Assembly (NCBI GenBank): GCA_017642565.1
Contig: JAGCOU010000041.1
Location: 1 to 32,247 of the forward strand
DNA length: 32,247 nucleotides
Source: Alphaproteobacteria bacterium
GTDB taxonomy: Bacteria > Pseudomonadota > Alphaproteobacteria > Rs-D84
Direction: 5' to 3'
Part shown: one piece after another, positions 1-8,920 of the stretch
How positions within the stretch are numbered: position 1 is the stretch's first letter
Layout: each line of letters opens with the position of its first letter
The notes under the pieces: generated by a model
Database searches by the model: none
What the model saw: the letters and a program-made list of their open reading frames with translations, nothing else
What the model was told of the DNA's origin: nothing
Translations under genes and position numbers: made by a program

Positions 1-767
1 CCCAATACAGGTTGCAAATTGCCATCACTTTCAAATTTAGCATTTGGGCTGCTGGTTGAATCTTTGTCGTCGTGACCCGCCATTACAGACAGCAACAATG
101 CGGCATCTTCAACCGTTCTGGTAATTGGACCCGGAGTGTCCAAACTTGACGCAAATGCAACGCATCCCCAACGAGAACATAAACCGTATGTAGGTTTTAA
201 ACCAACCAAACCTGTGATTGAACATGGAAAACGGATAGAACCACCTGTATCTGTTCCTGTGGCTGCTATTGCCAAGCCAGATGCAACGGCACTGGTTGAA
301 CCACCAGAAGAACCACCTGCGGTTAATCTTTTTTCGATTTGCCATGGACTAACAGGGGCACCAAAATAGGAAGTTTTTGAAAATGTTCCCATTGCGAATT
401 CGTCCAAATTTGATTTGCCCAATAATACTGTTCCTGCATCAATGAATTTTTGAGAAATAGTTGATTCATATTGTGGAACGAAATTTTCAAGCATATGTGA
501 TGCCGCAGTTGTACGAATGCCACGCGTTGCAAACAAATCTTTCATTGCAATAGGCATACCATCTAATGCCAATGTGTTCCCGTTGGCGTATCTTTCATCT
601 GATTTAGCAGCATCTTCCAAAGCACGTTCTGGTGTATTTGTAATATAGCAATTTAATTGTTTGCCATATTTTTCAATACGTGCCAAATATGCGCGTGTTA
701 ATTCAGTCGCACTGATTTCGCGAGATTTTAATTTTTCTAGTGCTTGTTTTATAGTCAGGTTTATCAT
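1..767 (-). CDS. gatA: Glu-tRNA(Gln)/Asp-tRNA(Asn) amidotransferase subunit A, N-terminal part (runs off left edge)
   Basis: Absent from the ORF track because no stop lies in the window. Reverse-complement translation from ATG 767-765 stays open to position 3: MINLTIKQALEKLKSREISATELTRAYLARIEKYGKQLN...GMPIAMKDLFATRGIRTTAASHML...GKSNLDEFAMG...TAGGSSGGSTSAVASGLAIAATGTDTGGSIRFP. This carries the amidase signature GGSSGGS...GTDTGGSIR. Confidence 0.93.
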   Translation of the reverse strand, partial: MINLTIKQALEKLKSREISATELTRAYLARIEKYGKQLNCYITNTPERALEDAAKSDERYANGNTLALDGMPIAMKDLFATRGIRTTAASHMLENFVPQYESTISQKFIDAGTVLLGKSNLDEFAMGTFSKTSYFGAPVSPWQIEKRLTAGGSSGGSTSAVASGLAIAATGTDTGGSIRFPCSITGLVGLKPTYGLCSRWGCVAFASSLDTPGPITRTVEDAALLLSVMAGHDDKDSTSSPNAKFESDGNLQPVL

Positions 768-775
768 TTTCGTTC

Positions 776-1663
776 CTATTTTTTGTTTGTGTGTTCAAGT
801 TTTTGGATTAACTGATACGGTAACGCTGTTGTTCCTCTGGCTTTTATAAATTCCATAACATCACTTAATATTTGTATGTTATAGTATTCTTGTAAGCAGT
901 CTACTATATATTTAGAGACCCCTAATTTTTTTACAGGCATATTTAATTGCCTTTTTGTTAGTATATATTTTTTCGATTCATCTTGGTGGTTCTTTGGAAA
1001 TAAAAATTCACCAATATATTTTCTAATCAAAGGATTATGGCATTCGCCGTTACGAACACATTGTGTACAGCTGTAGTTGCAACATATGGGATTACCAAAA
1101 CCATAAGTGGCAGATGGAGAAAGAGATTGGATGGGACATGACATATGTTCCTTGTGTTCTGAGCCGTGATAATCTGGGTTAATTTTTATTATTAATTGAT
1201 CCTTTTTTGCACCATCAGCAAGTTTTCTAAGTTGTGATATTTTTGGGGTATTCCATAAACTTATTTGTATTTCTTCCAAATTATAAGATACACTAAAACC
1301 ACAACGTGTTGTTTCTTTGGAATTAATATTTTTAATTGTGTTTAAATAATCTTGTATTTCTTGTGGGGATTTGCGTGTCCTATAATCGCCACTATAATCA
1401 TAATTACGTGGTGATGTTAAAAGGACATTAGTTTCACGCCAAGAATATTCGTGCAAACAATCAAAAAAGTTTCGTTCAAATTCGTCGAAATTGATATTGT
1501 TCTTTTCACATAATTTTTTTAATTTGTCGGAATCAAAGATTGCAGACAAATCATGTACGGTATCAATCCCATTTGATAATAAAATATTTGTGATATGTTC
1601 AGGCATACCAAGATATTTGATTTTTATGTTTGCTTCGTCAAATGTTAAACCGCATATAGCCAT
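776..1663 (-). CDS. Hypothetical Cys-rich protein with RpoA-CTD-like helix-hairpin-helix modules at both ends
   Basis: 295-aa ORF whose stop lies 8 nt before the gatA ATG. The N-terminal LGMPEHITNILLSNGIDTVHDL and C-terminal LGVSKYIVDCLQEYYNIQILSDVMEF resemble the RNAP alpha C-terminal HhH. The central cluster CCNYSCTQCVRNGECH contains a CX3CX2C spacing. I recognise no family. Noticeably more AT-rich than gatA. Confidence 0.7.
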   Translation of the reverse strand: MAICGLTFDEANIKIKYLGMPEHITNILLSNGIDTVHDLSAIFDSDKLKKLCEKNNINFDEFERNFFDCLHEYSWRETNVLLTSPRNYDYSGDYRTRKSPQEIQDYLNTIKNINSKETTRCGFSVSYNLEEIQISLWNTPKISQLRKLADGAKKDQLIIKINPDYHGSEHKEHMSCPIQSLSPSATYGFGNPICCNYSCTQCVRNGECHNPLIRKYIGEFLFPKNHQDESKKYILTKRQLNMPVKKLGVSKYIVDCLQEYYNIQILSDVMEFIKARGTTALPYQLIQKLEHTNKK

Positions 1664-1677
1664 GTGTTTATAATTCC

Positions 1678-2079
1678 TTATCTCGTTTTATATTTGTTGG
1701 GATACAATTTGTGCGCGATTTTATAGGGGCATTTCCCTTTGCGCATGTTGTCGATACAGTCCCAAATACTGTGATGTTGTTCTGGTTTTTTTGTGCAATG
1801 GAATTTGATATCATCACAAAATATGTGTGCTTTCTTTATCATAGGAATTCCTGCACCAGTAAAATTATATTGTTCCGTTTCAATATGCATATTTATTAAA
1901 CAGTTGCAAACTTTGGCATCTTTTAATTGTGAAAGCGTTTTCTTGGTAATGCGTATTTTGTTGTTGGAACGGCCGTCATAAAAATAGCCAGAACGATGTA
2001 TCCAAGATGGATGCCCTTGGACATTTAAATCCAAAGACCATAATCTGTATATGTGCTTGGTCGTTCTTTTCTTTATCAT
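1678..2079 (-). CDS. Hypothetical Cys/His-rich small protein
   Basis: 133-aa ORF. Its ATG lies 2 nt after the gatC stop (TAAcaATG), and the G-rich end of gatC can act as its SD. The C-terminal FCDDIKFHC...WDCIDNMRKGKCPYKIAHKLYP loosely resembles the Cys region of the adjacent 295-aa ORF. Confidence 0.65.
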   Translation of the reverse strand: MIKKRTTKHIYRLWSLDLNVQGHPSWIHRSGYFYDGRSNNKIRITKKTLSQLKDAKVCNCLINMHIETEQYNFTGAGIPMIKKAHIFCDDIKFHCTKKPEQHHSIWDCIDNMRKGKCPYKIAHKLYPNKYKTR

Positions 2080-2081
2080 TG

Positions 2082-2378
2082 TTAATCCCCGTCCATAACC
2101 TTTGGTACTGCAAAATAACCACGAGATACGCCAGCAGTGTCTGGGTCATTAGCCAATATTTTATCGCGCATATTCGGTTCGGTTACAATATCTTCGCGCA
2201 ACGGCAATTTATGTTCCGCAGGGGATAACATAGGTTTTACACCAGTTGTATCAATCTTTTGTAATTTATCCAACCATTCGACAACGCTGTCTATGTTCAT
2301 TTTTTCCAATTTTTCATCAGGAATATCGATTTTTACTAAATCTGCAAATTTATGTAATTGTTGCTTGCTAAATGCCAT
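2082..2378 (-). CDS. gatC: Glu-tRNA(Gln)/Asp-tRNA(Asn) amidotransferase subunit C
   Basis: 98 aa. Typical GatC layout: ...VKIDIPDEKLEKM...VVEWLDKLQKIDTTGVKPM...LREDIVTEP..RDKILANDPD...GYFAVPKV. Confidence 0.9.
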   Translation of the reverse strand: MAFSKQQLHKFADLVKIDIPDEKLEKMNIDSVVEWLDKLQKIDTTGVKPMLSPAEHKLPLREDIVTEPNMRDKILANDPDTAGVSRGYFAVPKVMDGD

Positions 2379-2408
2379 TTTCTTGTCCTATTGTTTCAAA
2401 GCATGAAA

Positions 2409-2436
2409 ATTATACAATGATTTTGCTTAAATTCAA
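2409..2436 (-). promoter_or_regulatory. Sigma70-type promoter for gatC operon (TTGAAT-N16-TATAAT)
   Basis: On the minus strand, TTGAAT is at 2436-2431, followed by a 16-nt spacer and TATAAT at 2414-2409. This lies about 30 nt upstream of the gatC ATG. Confidence 0.55.
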
Positions 2437-2461
2437 GGTTTTTTCTGTGCAAAACAAACAT

Positions 2462-2773
2462 TTATCTTGGTTGTCTGCGCTGGTTGTTAATATAGTTTTG
2501 TAAAAATTTATCGTCTATCATGTTTTTGAATGTTGGACTGTTTGTATACCTGGGGTCTGAGACAATAAGACCGATAATACCAACTTGTTCGCCCACAGAA
2601 TATGAAAATTTTCCATTATACTTGTTTAGCGCGCCGATTTCCCATGGATATTTGTCTGTGCGATACATTTCTATTTGATATTCTACATATTCTGATGTGC
2701 GAGCCAAATCTACTGGTATCATACATGTATTACATGCAGTGATTGATATTTGACCTGTGATTTTATATTTCAT
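2462..2773 (-). CDS. Hypothetical protein (103 aa)
   Basis: ORF with an ATG start, same orientation as gatC and upstream of it. No recognisable motifs. Confidence 0.5.
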   Translation of the reverse strand: MKYKITGQISITACNTCMIPVDLARTSEYVEYQIEMYRTDKYPWEIGALNKYNGKFSYSVGEQVGIIGLIVSDPRYTNSPTFKNMIDDKFLQNYINNQRRQPR

Positions 2774-2843
2774 GTCTGTGCCTTTTTTTAAACTTGTAAA
2801 ATATTATTTGTCGTATATACTTTCAATGTAAAAGGACTGTACA

Positions 2844-3290
2844 ATGATTTTATGTGATTGCAAGGATTTTCCGCGAATTGGACGCATAATTGGTTTAGAT
2901 TGGGGGTTGCGCAGATGTGGTGTGGCTGTCGCAGATGAAAATCGCGGATTTGTGTTCACTAGACCCCAATTAAATGTTAAAAGTCAGGATGAATTGATTA
3001 AGAATGTTTTAACAATTATTGCAGAAGATAGGCCTGTTGGGTTGGTTATTGGTTTGCCACTTCACGCTGATGGCAGTGATAGTGATACTACAAAATTGGT
3101 TCGTGAATTTGCTGATTTGTTATCTAAACAAACAGATTTGCCTATAATTTTTGTTGAAGAAAATTTAACAAGTGCCGCAGCCCAAGAAGAAATAGGGCGC
3201 AAAAGCATCACAAAAATTAAACAAGAACTGGATTCTGTGTCAGCTAAAATAATCCTTGAAAACGCAATCGCTTTGTTAAAAAGACTTTAA
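2844..3290 (+). CDS. ruvX: Holliday junction resolvase-like pre-16S rRNA nuclease YqgF/RuvX
   Basis: 148 aa. Has the N-terminal RIIGLDWGLRRCGVAVAD motif (YqgF G-L-D-x-G-x-x-R-x-G-x-A), then GLVIGLPLHADGS and a C-terminal SAKIILENAI. Confidence 0.85.
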   Translation: MILCDCKDFPRIGRIIGLDWGLRRCGVAVADENRGFVFTRPQLNVKSQDELIKNVLTIIAEDRPVGLVIGLPLHADGSDSDTTKLVREFADLLSKQTDLPIIFVEENLTSAAAQEEIGRKSITKIKQELDSVSAKIILENAIALLKRL

Positions 3291-4333
3291 TCATTCGGTG
3301 TTTCGTCTGGTATTTTTCCATCTGTGGACAGCAATGTTGCAATCCAACGCGTAGATTCAAACTGTGCCGTAGTGATATAGATTCCTGCCAAAATAGGAAC
3401 ACTGAAGAACATCCCGGCGGGTCCCCAAATCATTCCCCAAAATACCAAGTTTATTAAGATTGCTAATGTAGAGATATTCAATGTTTTTCCAGTTAATTTT
3501 GGGTCTATGATGTTGCCAAAAACGATTTCTATGACGATTAATGAAATCGCAGTGAATAACGCTAGGTGCCAAGAATCGCCACTTATCAAAGCATAGGCAA
3601 TTGGTAAAGCACAGGCAAGTATTGAACCAATTGTTGGAATATAATTCAATATAAAGATTATAAACGCCCATACTGTCGCGTATTCAAGCCCGATGATTTT
3701 TAATGATATATATGCACATAAACCAGTAGCAGCAGATATAGCTGTTTTGGTAAATAAATATTTTTTCATATTTTCATCAATGCTGTTCAATATATAACGC
3801 AATTTTTTTGCCTTGATTCTAGACAAAGGCATAGCATCTATTTTTTTATTGAAAGAACTTTGTTCAACAAACATGAATATCAAATATATCAAAACCATGC
3901 CGGTTGATGTTGCTATTCCTGCCAAAGATGTGCCTATGTAGCCCGCGATTTGTGGCAGGTTTGGAATTAAGTTTATGTCTATGTCAACACCGAATTTGTT
4001 CGAGATGAATTGACTGAATATAAATAATTTTTCTTGTAATATAGGTGTTGCATTATAAAGTTCTGCCAACATAGGTTTTATTTGTGTTGCAAACAAATAT
4101 ATAATGCCACCAACAGTTGCTACGGATAATATATTTGATATAAAAGTAAATATTTTCGAAGGCAATTTACAAGAATTAAAGTTCGCTTTATAACATGGCA
4201 TTATTTTTCTGTAATAAGCCGATATAGCGTTTAATAAATACCATAAAAATGTCGCAAATAATATCGGTATAAATATAGATCGACCTATCCATAAAAGAAA
4301 TATTAATGCTATGAAGAAAACTAAATTATTCAT
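3287..4333 (-). CDS. AI-2E family (PerM/UPF0118) membrane transporter
   Basis: 348 aa, multi-pass membrane protein. The C-terminal region has the WGMIWGPAGMFFSVPILAG pattern typical of the family. Its stop overlaps the ruvX stop (convergent genes). Confidence 0.75.
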   Translation of the reverse strand: MNNLVFFIALIFLLWIGRSIFIPILFATFLWYLLNAISAYYRKIMPCYKANFNSCKLPSKIFTFISNILSVATVGGIIYLFATQIKPMLAELYNATPILQEKLFIFSQFISNKFGVDIDINLIPNLPQIAGYIGTSLAGIATSTGMVLIYLIFMFVEQSSFNKKIDAMPLSRIKAKKLRYILNSIDENMKKYLFTKTAISAATGLCAYISLKIIGLEYATVWAFIIFILNYIPTIGSILACALPIAYALISGDSWHLALFTAISLIVIEIVFGNIIDPKLTGKTLNISTLAILINLVFWGMIWGPAGMFFSVPILAGIYITTAQFESTRWIATLLSTDGKIPDETPND

Positions 4334-4349
4334 ACAGTTTACCTTTCAG

Positions 4350-5210
4350 TTAAAAAAGACGTGTTTGTGTAAGAATAGCAAGTATTAACGCCAAATTTAT
4401 CCCTATGGCAGTCAACGCATATCCATGACGAATGTCTTTGAAGAAATCTGCCTTGCGTTTTGTATACCACAAAGCAAACAGTAACAATAATGTTCCAGAC
4501 CATATAACTGTTGGGATGCCTGTGATAAAGCATTTACAGAACAATAAAAACAAAAATGCTACCAATGTATTATTAAAATTCGCCAAGACCCAATCATTTA
4601 ATTTACTAAACCATTTGCATTTGATTTGTAAATTTGGTTTGACAGATGTTGTTCCTTTGAATAAATAGCCTGGCGTCCATAACAAAAAGAATCCGAACGG
4701 CATAGATAAAATTGTCTTCCATGTTGATATACCGAGTGTTTTGCAGCGTTTGTATTTTGCATAAATACCAGCAATAGAAACACCCAACAGATATGCAGAT
4801 AAAATTAATAATAATGTGAATAGTATAAAGAAAATAGTCGGGTGCATTAAATATGCCATCATTATTTTCATCTTTAATGCGTTGCCATTTGAACCTAGGC
4901 CAAGAATAGCAATAAACGATGAAAGAATCCCAATTAAAGACGCGGCATTCGTTATAGCAACAAAATCATTTTGATGTATATCATCATGTGGTAATTTCTT
5001 TATCAGATACCAAACAGAAAATACAAAAGTAAAGACAAGGCACATGTACATTATTAACATAGAGTCCAGGTTTAATACAGTTTGTACCGCAGAAAATATT
5101 AAACTTAGTATTAACCCAAGTCCTAGAAACATAACGGAAAACATTAATGGTTTACTTAAAACCCAAGTTTTCAATTGATTTTGTTTTTCTTGTCTTTTTG
5201 TTTTTTGCAT
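4350..5210 (-). CDS. Hypothetical polytopic membrane protein
   Basis: 286 aa with about 8 hydrophobic segments. Lies directly downstream of sufC on the same strand. No family recognised. Confidence 0.6.
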   Translation of the reverse strand: MQKTKRQEKQNQLKTWVLSKPLMFSVMFLGLGLILSLIFSAVQTVLNLDSMLIMYMCLVFTFVFSVWYLIKKLPHDDIHQNDFVAITNAASLIGILSSFIAILGLGSNGNALKMKIMMAYLMHPTIFFILFTLLLILSAYLLGVSIAGIYAKYKRCKTLGISTWKTILSMPFGFFLLWTPGYLFKGTTSVKPNLQIKCKWFSKLNDWVLANFNNTLVAFLFLLFCKCFITGIPTVIWSGTLLLLFALWYTKRKADFFKDIRHGYALTAIGINLALILAILTQTRLF

Positions 5211-5245
5211 AAGGTGTCCTTTTGGTTATATTTCTTATATCAGTC

Positions 5246-5923
5246 TTAGTTTATCACAATTTTGCCATCAAATAAAGTAGTAGTTTGTGTTATGTTAATC
5301 GCCGAAGAAAAACTATCTTGGTGTGATATAAATAAAAATGTGGTATCTGGCATTTTGTTTATCGTGTCGATAATTTGTTTTTGAACATTTTTGTCTGCGC
5401 CAGAATCTGGTTCATCAAGAATAGCAAACTTTGGTTGCGTTAACAGTAATCGCAACAGCATAATTCTTTTGCGTTCGCCACCTGAAAAACCGACATTCAC
5501 ACAGCGGTTAAGCCAATCTTTGGGGATATCTAATTCTGTGCGCACAGCCTCTAACTTTTCCAAAAATTCGCCCATAGATAAATCTTTGCCTGAATCAAAA
5601 TGTTTATGAGCAATCATAGAATGTTTTAAAAAACTTAAAATTGTTAATCCTGGAATTTCTGGAACATTTTGAGCGCTTAAAAATATACCTTGTAATGAAC
5701 GAGTGGTGGCGTTTTCTTTGGTTATATCAATGCCATCAAAAATTATTTTTCCTGAATCTATGGTATAAGAAGAATCTCCTGCAATCGTGTTTACCAAAGT
5801 TGATTTTCCAGAACCGTTACGACCAGCAAGGCGATGTCTTGCGCCGTCTTTGATGACCAGATTGATATCTTTTAACAATGGTTTTTTATCCATAGATACA
5901 CAAAGATTTTTTATTTCTAACAT
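5246..5923 (-). CDS. sufC: Fe-S cluster assembly ATPase SufC
   Basis: 225 aa. Walker A GRNGSGKST, a Q-loop, the VNVGFSGGERKR signature, Walker B ILDEPDSG and the H-loop ISH. Adjacent to sufB. Confidence 0.9.
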   Translation of the reverse strand: MLEIKNLCVSMDKKPLLKDINLVIKDGARHRLAGRNGSGKSTLVNTIAGDSSYTIDSGKIIFDGIDITKENATTRSLQGIFLSAQNVPEIPGLTILSFLKHSMIAHKHFDSGKDLSMGEFLEKLEAVRTELDIPKDWLNRCVNVGFSGGERKRIMLLRLLLTQPKFAILDEPDSGADKNVQKQIIDTINKMPDTTFLFISHQDSFSSAINITQTTTLFDGKIVIN

Positions 5924-5927
5924 GTTT

Positions 5928-7271
5928 TTATTCTTTTTTTAAAGCCATTTGAATTAACTGTTTTGATTCTACCAAAAACTCCATAGGTAATCTAGAAATT
6001 ATTGGTGATGCGTTTGCGCCAACAACAAGCGCAACGGCTTCATCTTCTTCCAACCCACTTTGCATGAGATAGAGCAGGGTGTTTTTATCAATTGCACCAG
6101 TTGTTGCTTCGTGAGATTGTTGATTAAGACCATTGGAATGAACAATGGTTGGAATAGTATTTGCAGTGGCATTGTCGCCAAGGATTCGGCTGTCGCATTT
6201 GCAAGCGTTTATGCCGTCTTTGCCAGCAAAAGATACAAGACTGCGAAATGTTTGATGCGAATAATCTGTGGCGATGCCGTATGAAACGATATTTGATTTT
6301 GTATCATTTCCAATATGAATCATTTTTGTTCCTGTATCTGCTTGTTGAATGCCTCGTGTAATAGACAGAGAATAAAAATCACTGTGAGATTTGTCGCCGT
6401 ATAAAATAGTAGACGGATACTTCCAAGTCATACTCGAACCTATTTCAATTTGTGTCCAATCAAGTCCTGCATTTTTATAACATTTTCCGCGTTTAGTCAC
6501 AAAATTTAATATGCCGTTTGCGTCGTGTTTAAAATCGCCGTATACGGCAGAATCTCCCGCATACCAATTTTGAACTGTGGAATATTTTACATAAGCGTTG
6601 TCTTTGACAATGATTTCCACAACGCCACTGTGTAACTGGTGATTTGGTCGGCGAGGAGCGCTGCAACCTTCCATATAAGAAAGCGAAGATTCTTCTTCGG
6701 CTATGATAAGAGTTCTTTCAAATTGTCCTATTTTTGCAGTTTCGATTCTAAAATAACTCGCCAAATCTATAGGACATTTTACGCCACGTGGAATATAAAC
6801 AAATGTTCCGTCTGAAAATACCGCGGCGTTCAGTGCTGCAAAAAAATTATCGTCATATGGAACGACAGTGCCGAGATATTGTCGAACTAAATCAGGGTGT
6901 TTTTCTACTGCTTCTGAAAGGGGTAAAAATATTATACCGAGTTTTTGTAATTCTTCGGTATAAGATGTATGAACAGATTTACTGTCAATCACGGTGTCTG
7001 TCGCCATACCAAGCAGTGCGCGTTGCTCTGCTTCTGGGAGACCCATTTTGTCATAAGTTTCTTTTAATTTCGAATTATCAATTTTTTGTTTTTCGTTGTA
7101 ATAATTCAAAGAATCATAATCTATGGGCGCATAGTCTATTTCAGCCCAGTGCGGTTCTTTCATCTTTTGCCATTTTTCAAAAGCTGACAGCCGCCAGTCT
7201 AATAACCATTCTGGCTCTTTGCGCAAGGATGAAATTTTGCGAATAAGTTTTTCGTTTAATGTTTTTTTCAT
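5928..7271 (-). CDS. sufB: Fe-S cluster assembly scaffold SufB
   Basis: 447 aa. Contains FERTLIIAEEESSLSYMEGCSAP and a C-terminal region with beta-helix-like repeats typical of the SufB/SufD family. Lies 4 nt upstream of sufC. Confidence 0.9.
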   Translation of the reverse strand: MKKTLNEKLIRKISSLRKEPEWLLDWRLSAFEKWQKMKEPHWAEIDYAPIDYDSLNYYNEKQKIDNSKLKETYDKMGLPEAEQRALLGMATDTVIDSKSVHTSYTEELQKLGIIFLPLSEAVEKHPDLVRQYLGTVVPYDDNFFAALNAAVFSDGTFVYIPRGVKCPIDLASYFRIETAKIGQFERTLIIAEEESSLSYMEGCSAPRRPNHQLHSGVVEIIVKDNAYVKYSTVQNWYAGDSAVYGDFKHDANGILNFVTKRGKCYKNAGLDWTQIEIGSSMTWKYPSTILYGDKSHSDFYSLSITRGIQQADTGTKMIHIGNDTKSNIVSYGIATDYSHQTFRSLVSFAGKDGINACKCDSRILGDNATANTIPTIVHSNGLNQQSHEATTGAIDKNTLLYLMQSGLEEDEAVALVVGANASPIISRLPMEFLVESKQLIQMALKKE

Positions 7272-7810
7272 TTATCGGTTGATGCTAGTGCTTGTGCTTG
7301 GGCAAAAAATGTTAGAGATTGTCCCAAAAGACCGTCTGTAAATGTTGTCGATAAAATTCCGTCAGTATCAGTTGAAGACATGTGCTGTAAAAACATATTG
7401 GCACGATTCAAATAATGACTGACATTGTGTGAAATGTTTGTATCAAGTTTTATCGCACGACGCAATTTTTCTAAAACAAAAGGATTCTTTGCATATTCGT
7501 CCATAATTCCACCAAGTGCCCGCCAAAGAGGGTGTTCAGAAGTTGTTCGTGGCATGATATCAATGGCAGCCATAATAGGAATCAGGTCTTGTAATAAATC
7601 TTGATAGATAATTTCAGCCTTGTCAGTAGTATCGTTAACGGACATTTTATTTTTGAGTAAATTTTGCATTTTAACAATTAAATTATACTGAAATGTCAAA
7701 GTTTTTGCCATTTCGCGAACGTTCCTGTTGGTGCTTATCGTTAAGAGTAAACCTGCGATTGAACCAAGTGCACAAACCATAAGCACAATTAAAATAATCA
7801 TATCTTCCAT
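7268..7810 (-). CDS. Hypothetical protein with N-terminal TM anchor, translationally coupled to sufB
   Basis: 180 aa. N-terminal hydrophobic helix IILIVLMVCALGSIAGLLLTI. Its stop overlaps the sufB start (ATGA at 7268-7271). Confidence 0.55.
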   Translation of the reverse strand: MEDMIILIVLMVCALGSIAGLLLTISTNRNVREMAKTLTFQYNLIVKMQNLLKNKMSVNDTTDKAEIIYQDLLQDLIPIMAAIDIMPRTTSEHPLWRALGGIMDEYAKNPFVLEKLRRAIKLDTNISHNVSHYLNRANMFLQHMSSTDTDGILSTTFTDGLLGQSLTFFAQAQALASTDK

Positions 7811-7919
7811 GTTGAAAACCTTAATTTTTTGTCTTTACTTGGCTTAGTATAACATGTTTTATCGATTCGTGCGATTTTTTCTCGCATATATTTTTTTGTA
7901 ATTTTTATGTTTTTAAGTC

Positions 7920-7948
7920 TTGCACAGATTCGGTCAAATTGATATAAT
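7920..7948 (+). promoter_or_regulatory. Sigma70-type promoter (TTGCAC-N17-TGaTATAAT)
   Basis: TTGCAC at 7920-7925, a 17-nt spacer, and TATAAT at 7943-7948 preceded by TGa (extended -10). The predicted TSS near 7955 argues against the 7954 ATG and for the 7981 start. Confidence 0.55.
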
Positions 7949-7980
7949 TATAAATGATAATGGAAAAGAAAGGAAAAAAG

Positions 7981-8889
7981 ATGTTCCACAAAATTTGTGT
8001 TTTTATCGCTGTGGCAGGGGTCACAGGTTTTGCATTTGCTGCGAATAGAACGCAACAGATTGTCACTTCAGAAGTCTTTGGCGATACAGTCGAAGAAGTA
8101 GAAGAAGATGTAAATCGTGGCGAAAGAGTTCAAACTTTTTATGAGCCAGAGCCAGTGTATTACGAAGACACTGTTTATCAGGGGGCGCCAGTGTGGCCGA
8201 TGCCTGGTTCAGAGGCTGATGTTGAAATCGCATGTGGTGAACCTGGATGCGTTGAACAAAATAAGATTGTATCTCATGTTGGTGCGGGTTTGGTTATTGA
8301 AAATAATATTAACACAATCGGTACTGGTTGGACAGGTGGCCCAAATATTCATAATGGTATAATGATTCCTGCTGGTTTTGACTACGAATGTGCTAATAAT
8401 GCAGAAATGCCATTGATGCGCCGCGAAATGATGGAAGACGATGGTGGTTCTGTGTTGGCTATGTCCCGCAGTTCGCGTAAAACTTGTAATAAACAGGCGG
8501 ATTCGTATGCTATGTTTGCACAACGTGCTGGTTTTGCGCCTGAAAAAACTTGCAATAAAACAATGGGCGTTAATGACAGAGATGTTTCTGTGAATGAGTA
8601 TGTTGATGAAGAAAGCACAGAGCCTGCACAAGATCAGGTTCGTTCATGGGTCGTGGCGAGTGGACAAACCCTGCGTCAAGTTTTGCAATCTTGGTGTGAC
8701 AAAGAAGGATGGGATTTGGTTTGGACAACTGCGCGCGAATATCCAATAGAAGCGAGTGCGGTATTCAAAGGGCGCTTTGTAGATGTTGCATCGGCTTTGG
8801 TTCGTAATTTTGAACGTGCAACACCAATTCCTTATGCAAAATTTTATAAGGGTAATAGGGTGATTGTGGTTTCGACTTCGGAAGAATAA
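7981..8889 (+). CDS. Secreted TcpQ/PilL-like type IVb pilus biogenesis protein
   Basis: Start reassigned to ATG 7981 (SD AGGAAA upstream). Signal peptide MFHKICVFIAVAGVTGFAFA/AN. The C-terminal WVVASGQTLRQVLQSWCDKEGWDLVWTTAREYPIEASAVFKGRFVDVASALVRNF matches my memory of the TcpQ/PilL C-terminal domain. Confidence 0.6.
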   Translation: MFHKICVFIAVAGVTGFAFAANRTQQIVTSEVFGDTVEEVEEDVNRGERVQTFYEPEPVYYEDTVYQGAPVWPMPGSEADVEIACGEPGCVEQNKIVSHVGAGLVIENNINTIGTGWTGGPNIHNGIMIPAGFDYECANNAEMPLMRREMMEDDGGSVLAMSRSSRKTCNKQADSYAMFAQRAGFAPEKTCNKTMGVNDRDVSVNEYVDEESTEPAQDQVRSWVVASGQTLRQVLQSWCDKEGWDLVWTTAREYPIEASAVFKGRFVDVASALVRNFERATPIPYAKFYKGNRVIVVSTSEE

Positions 8890-8920
8890 AGCCTTAACAA
8901 AATAGGGACGGGGGACAAAG

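Noticed and set aside
3357-3671. Nested same-strand or overlapping small ORFs inside larger genes, for example 3357-3671, 4339-4533, 4598-4783, 5999-6181 and 17407-17607.
   Set aside because: They are fully contained in well-supported genes in other frames, with no independent start signals or recognisable products.
7926-7934. Apparent recurrence of GAATCGG/GATTCGG in several upstream regions (7928, 10657, 26744, 28036, 31155) as a possible regulator site.
   Set aside because: GAATCG is also very frequent inside coding sequence here as Glu-Ser codon pairs, for example throughout the secretin gene. Without a background count I cannot claim enrichment. Only the two 29-nt repeat copies are clearly significant.
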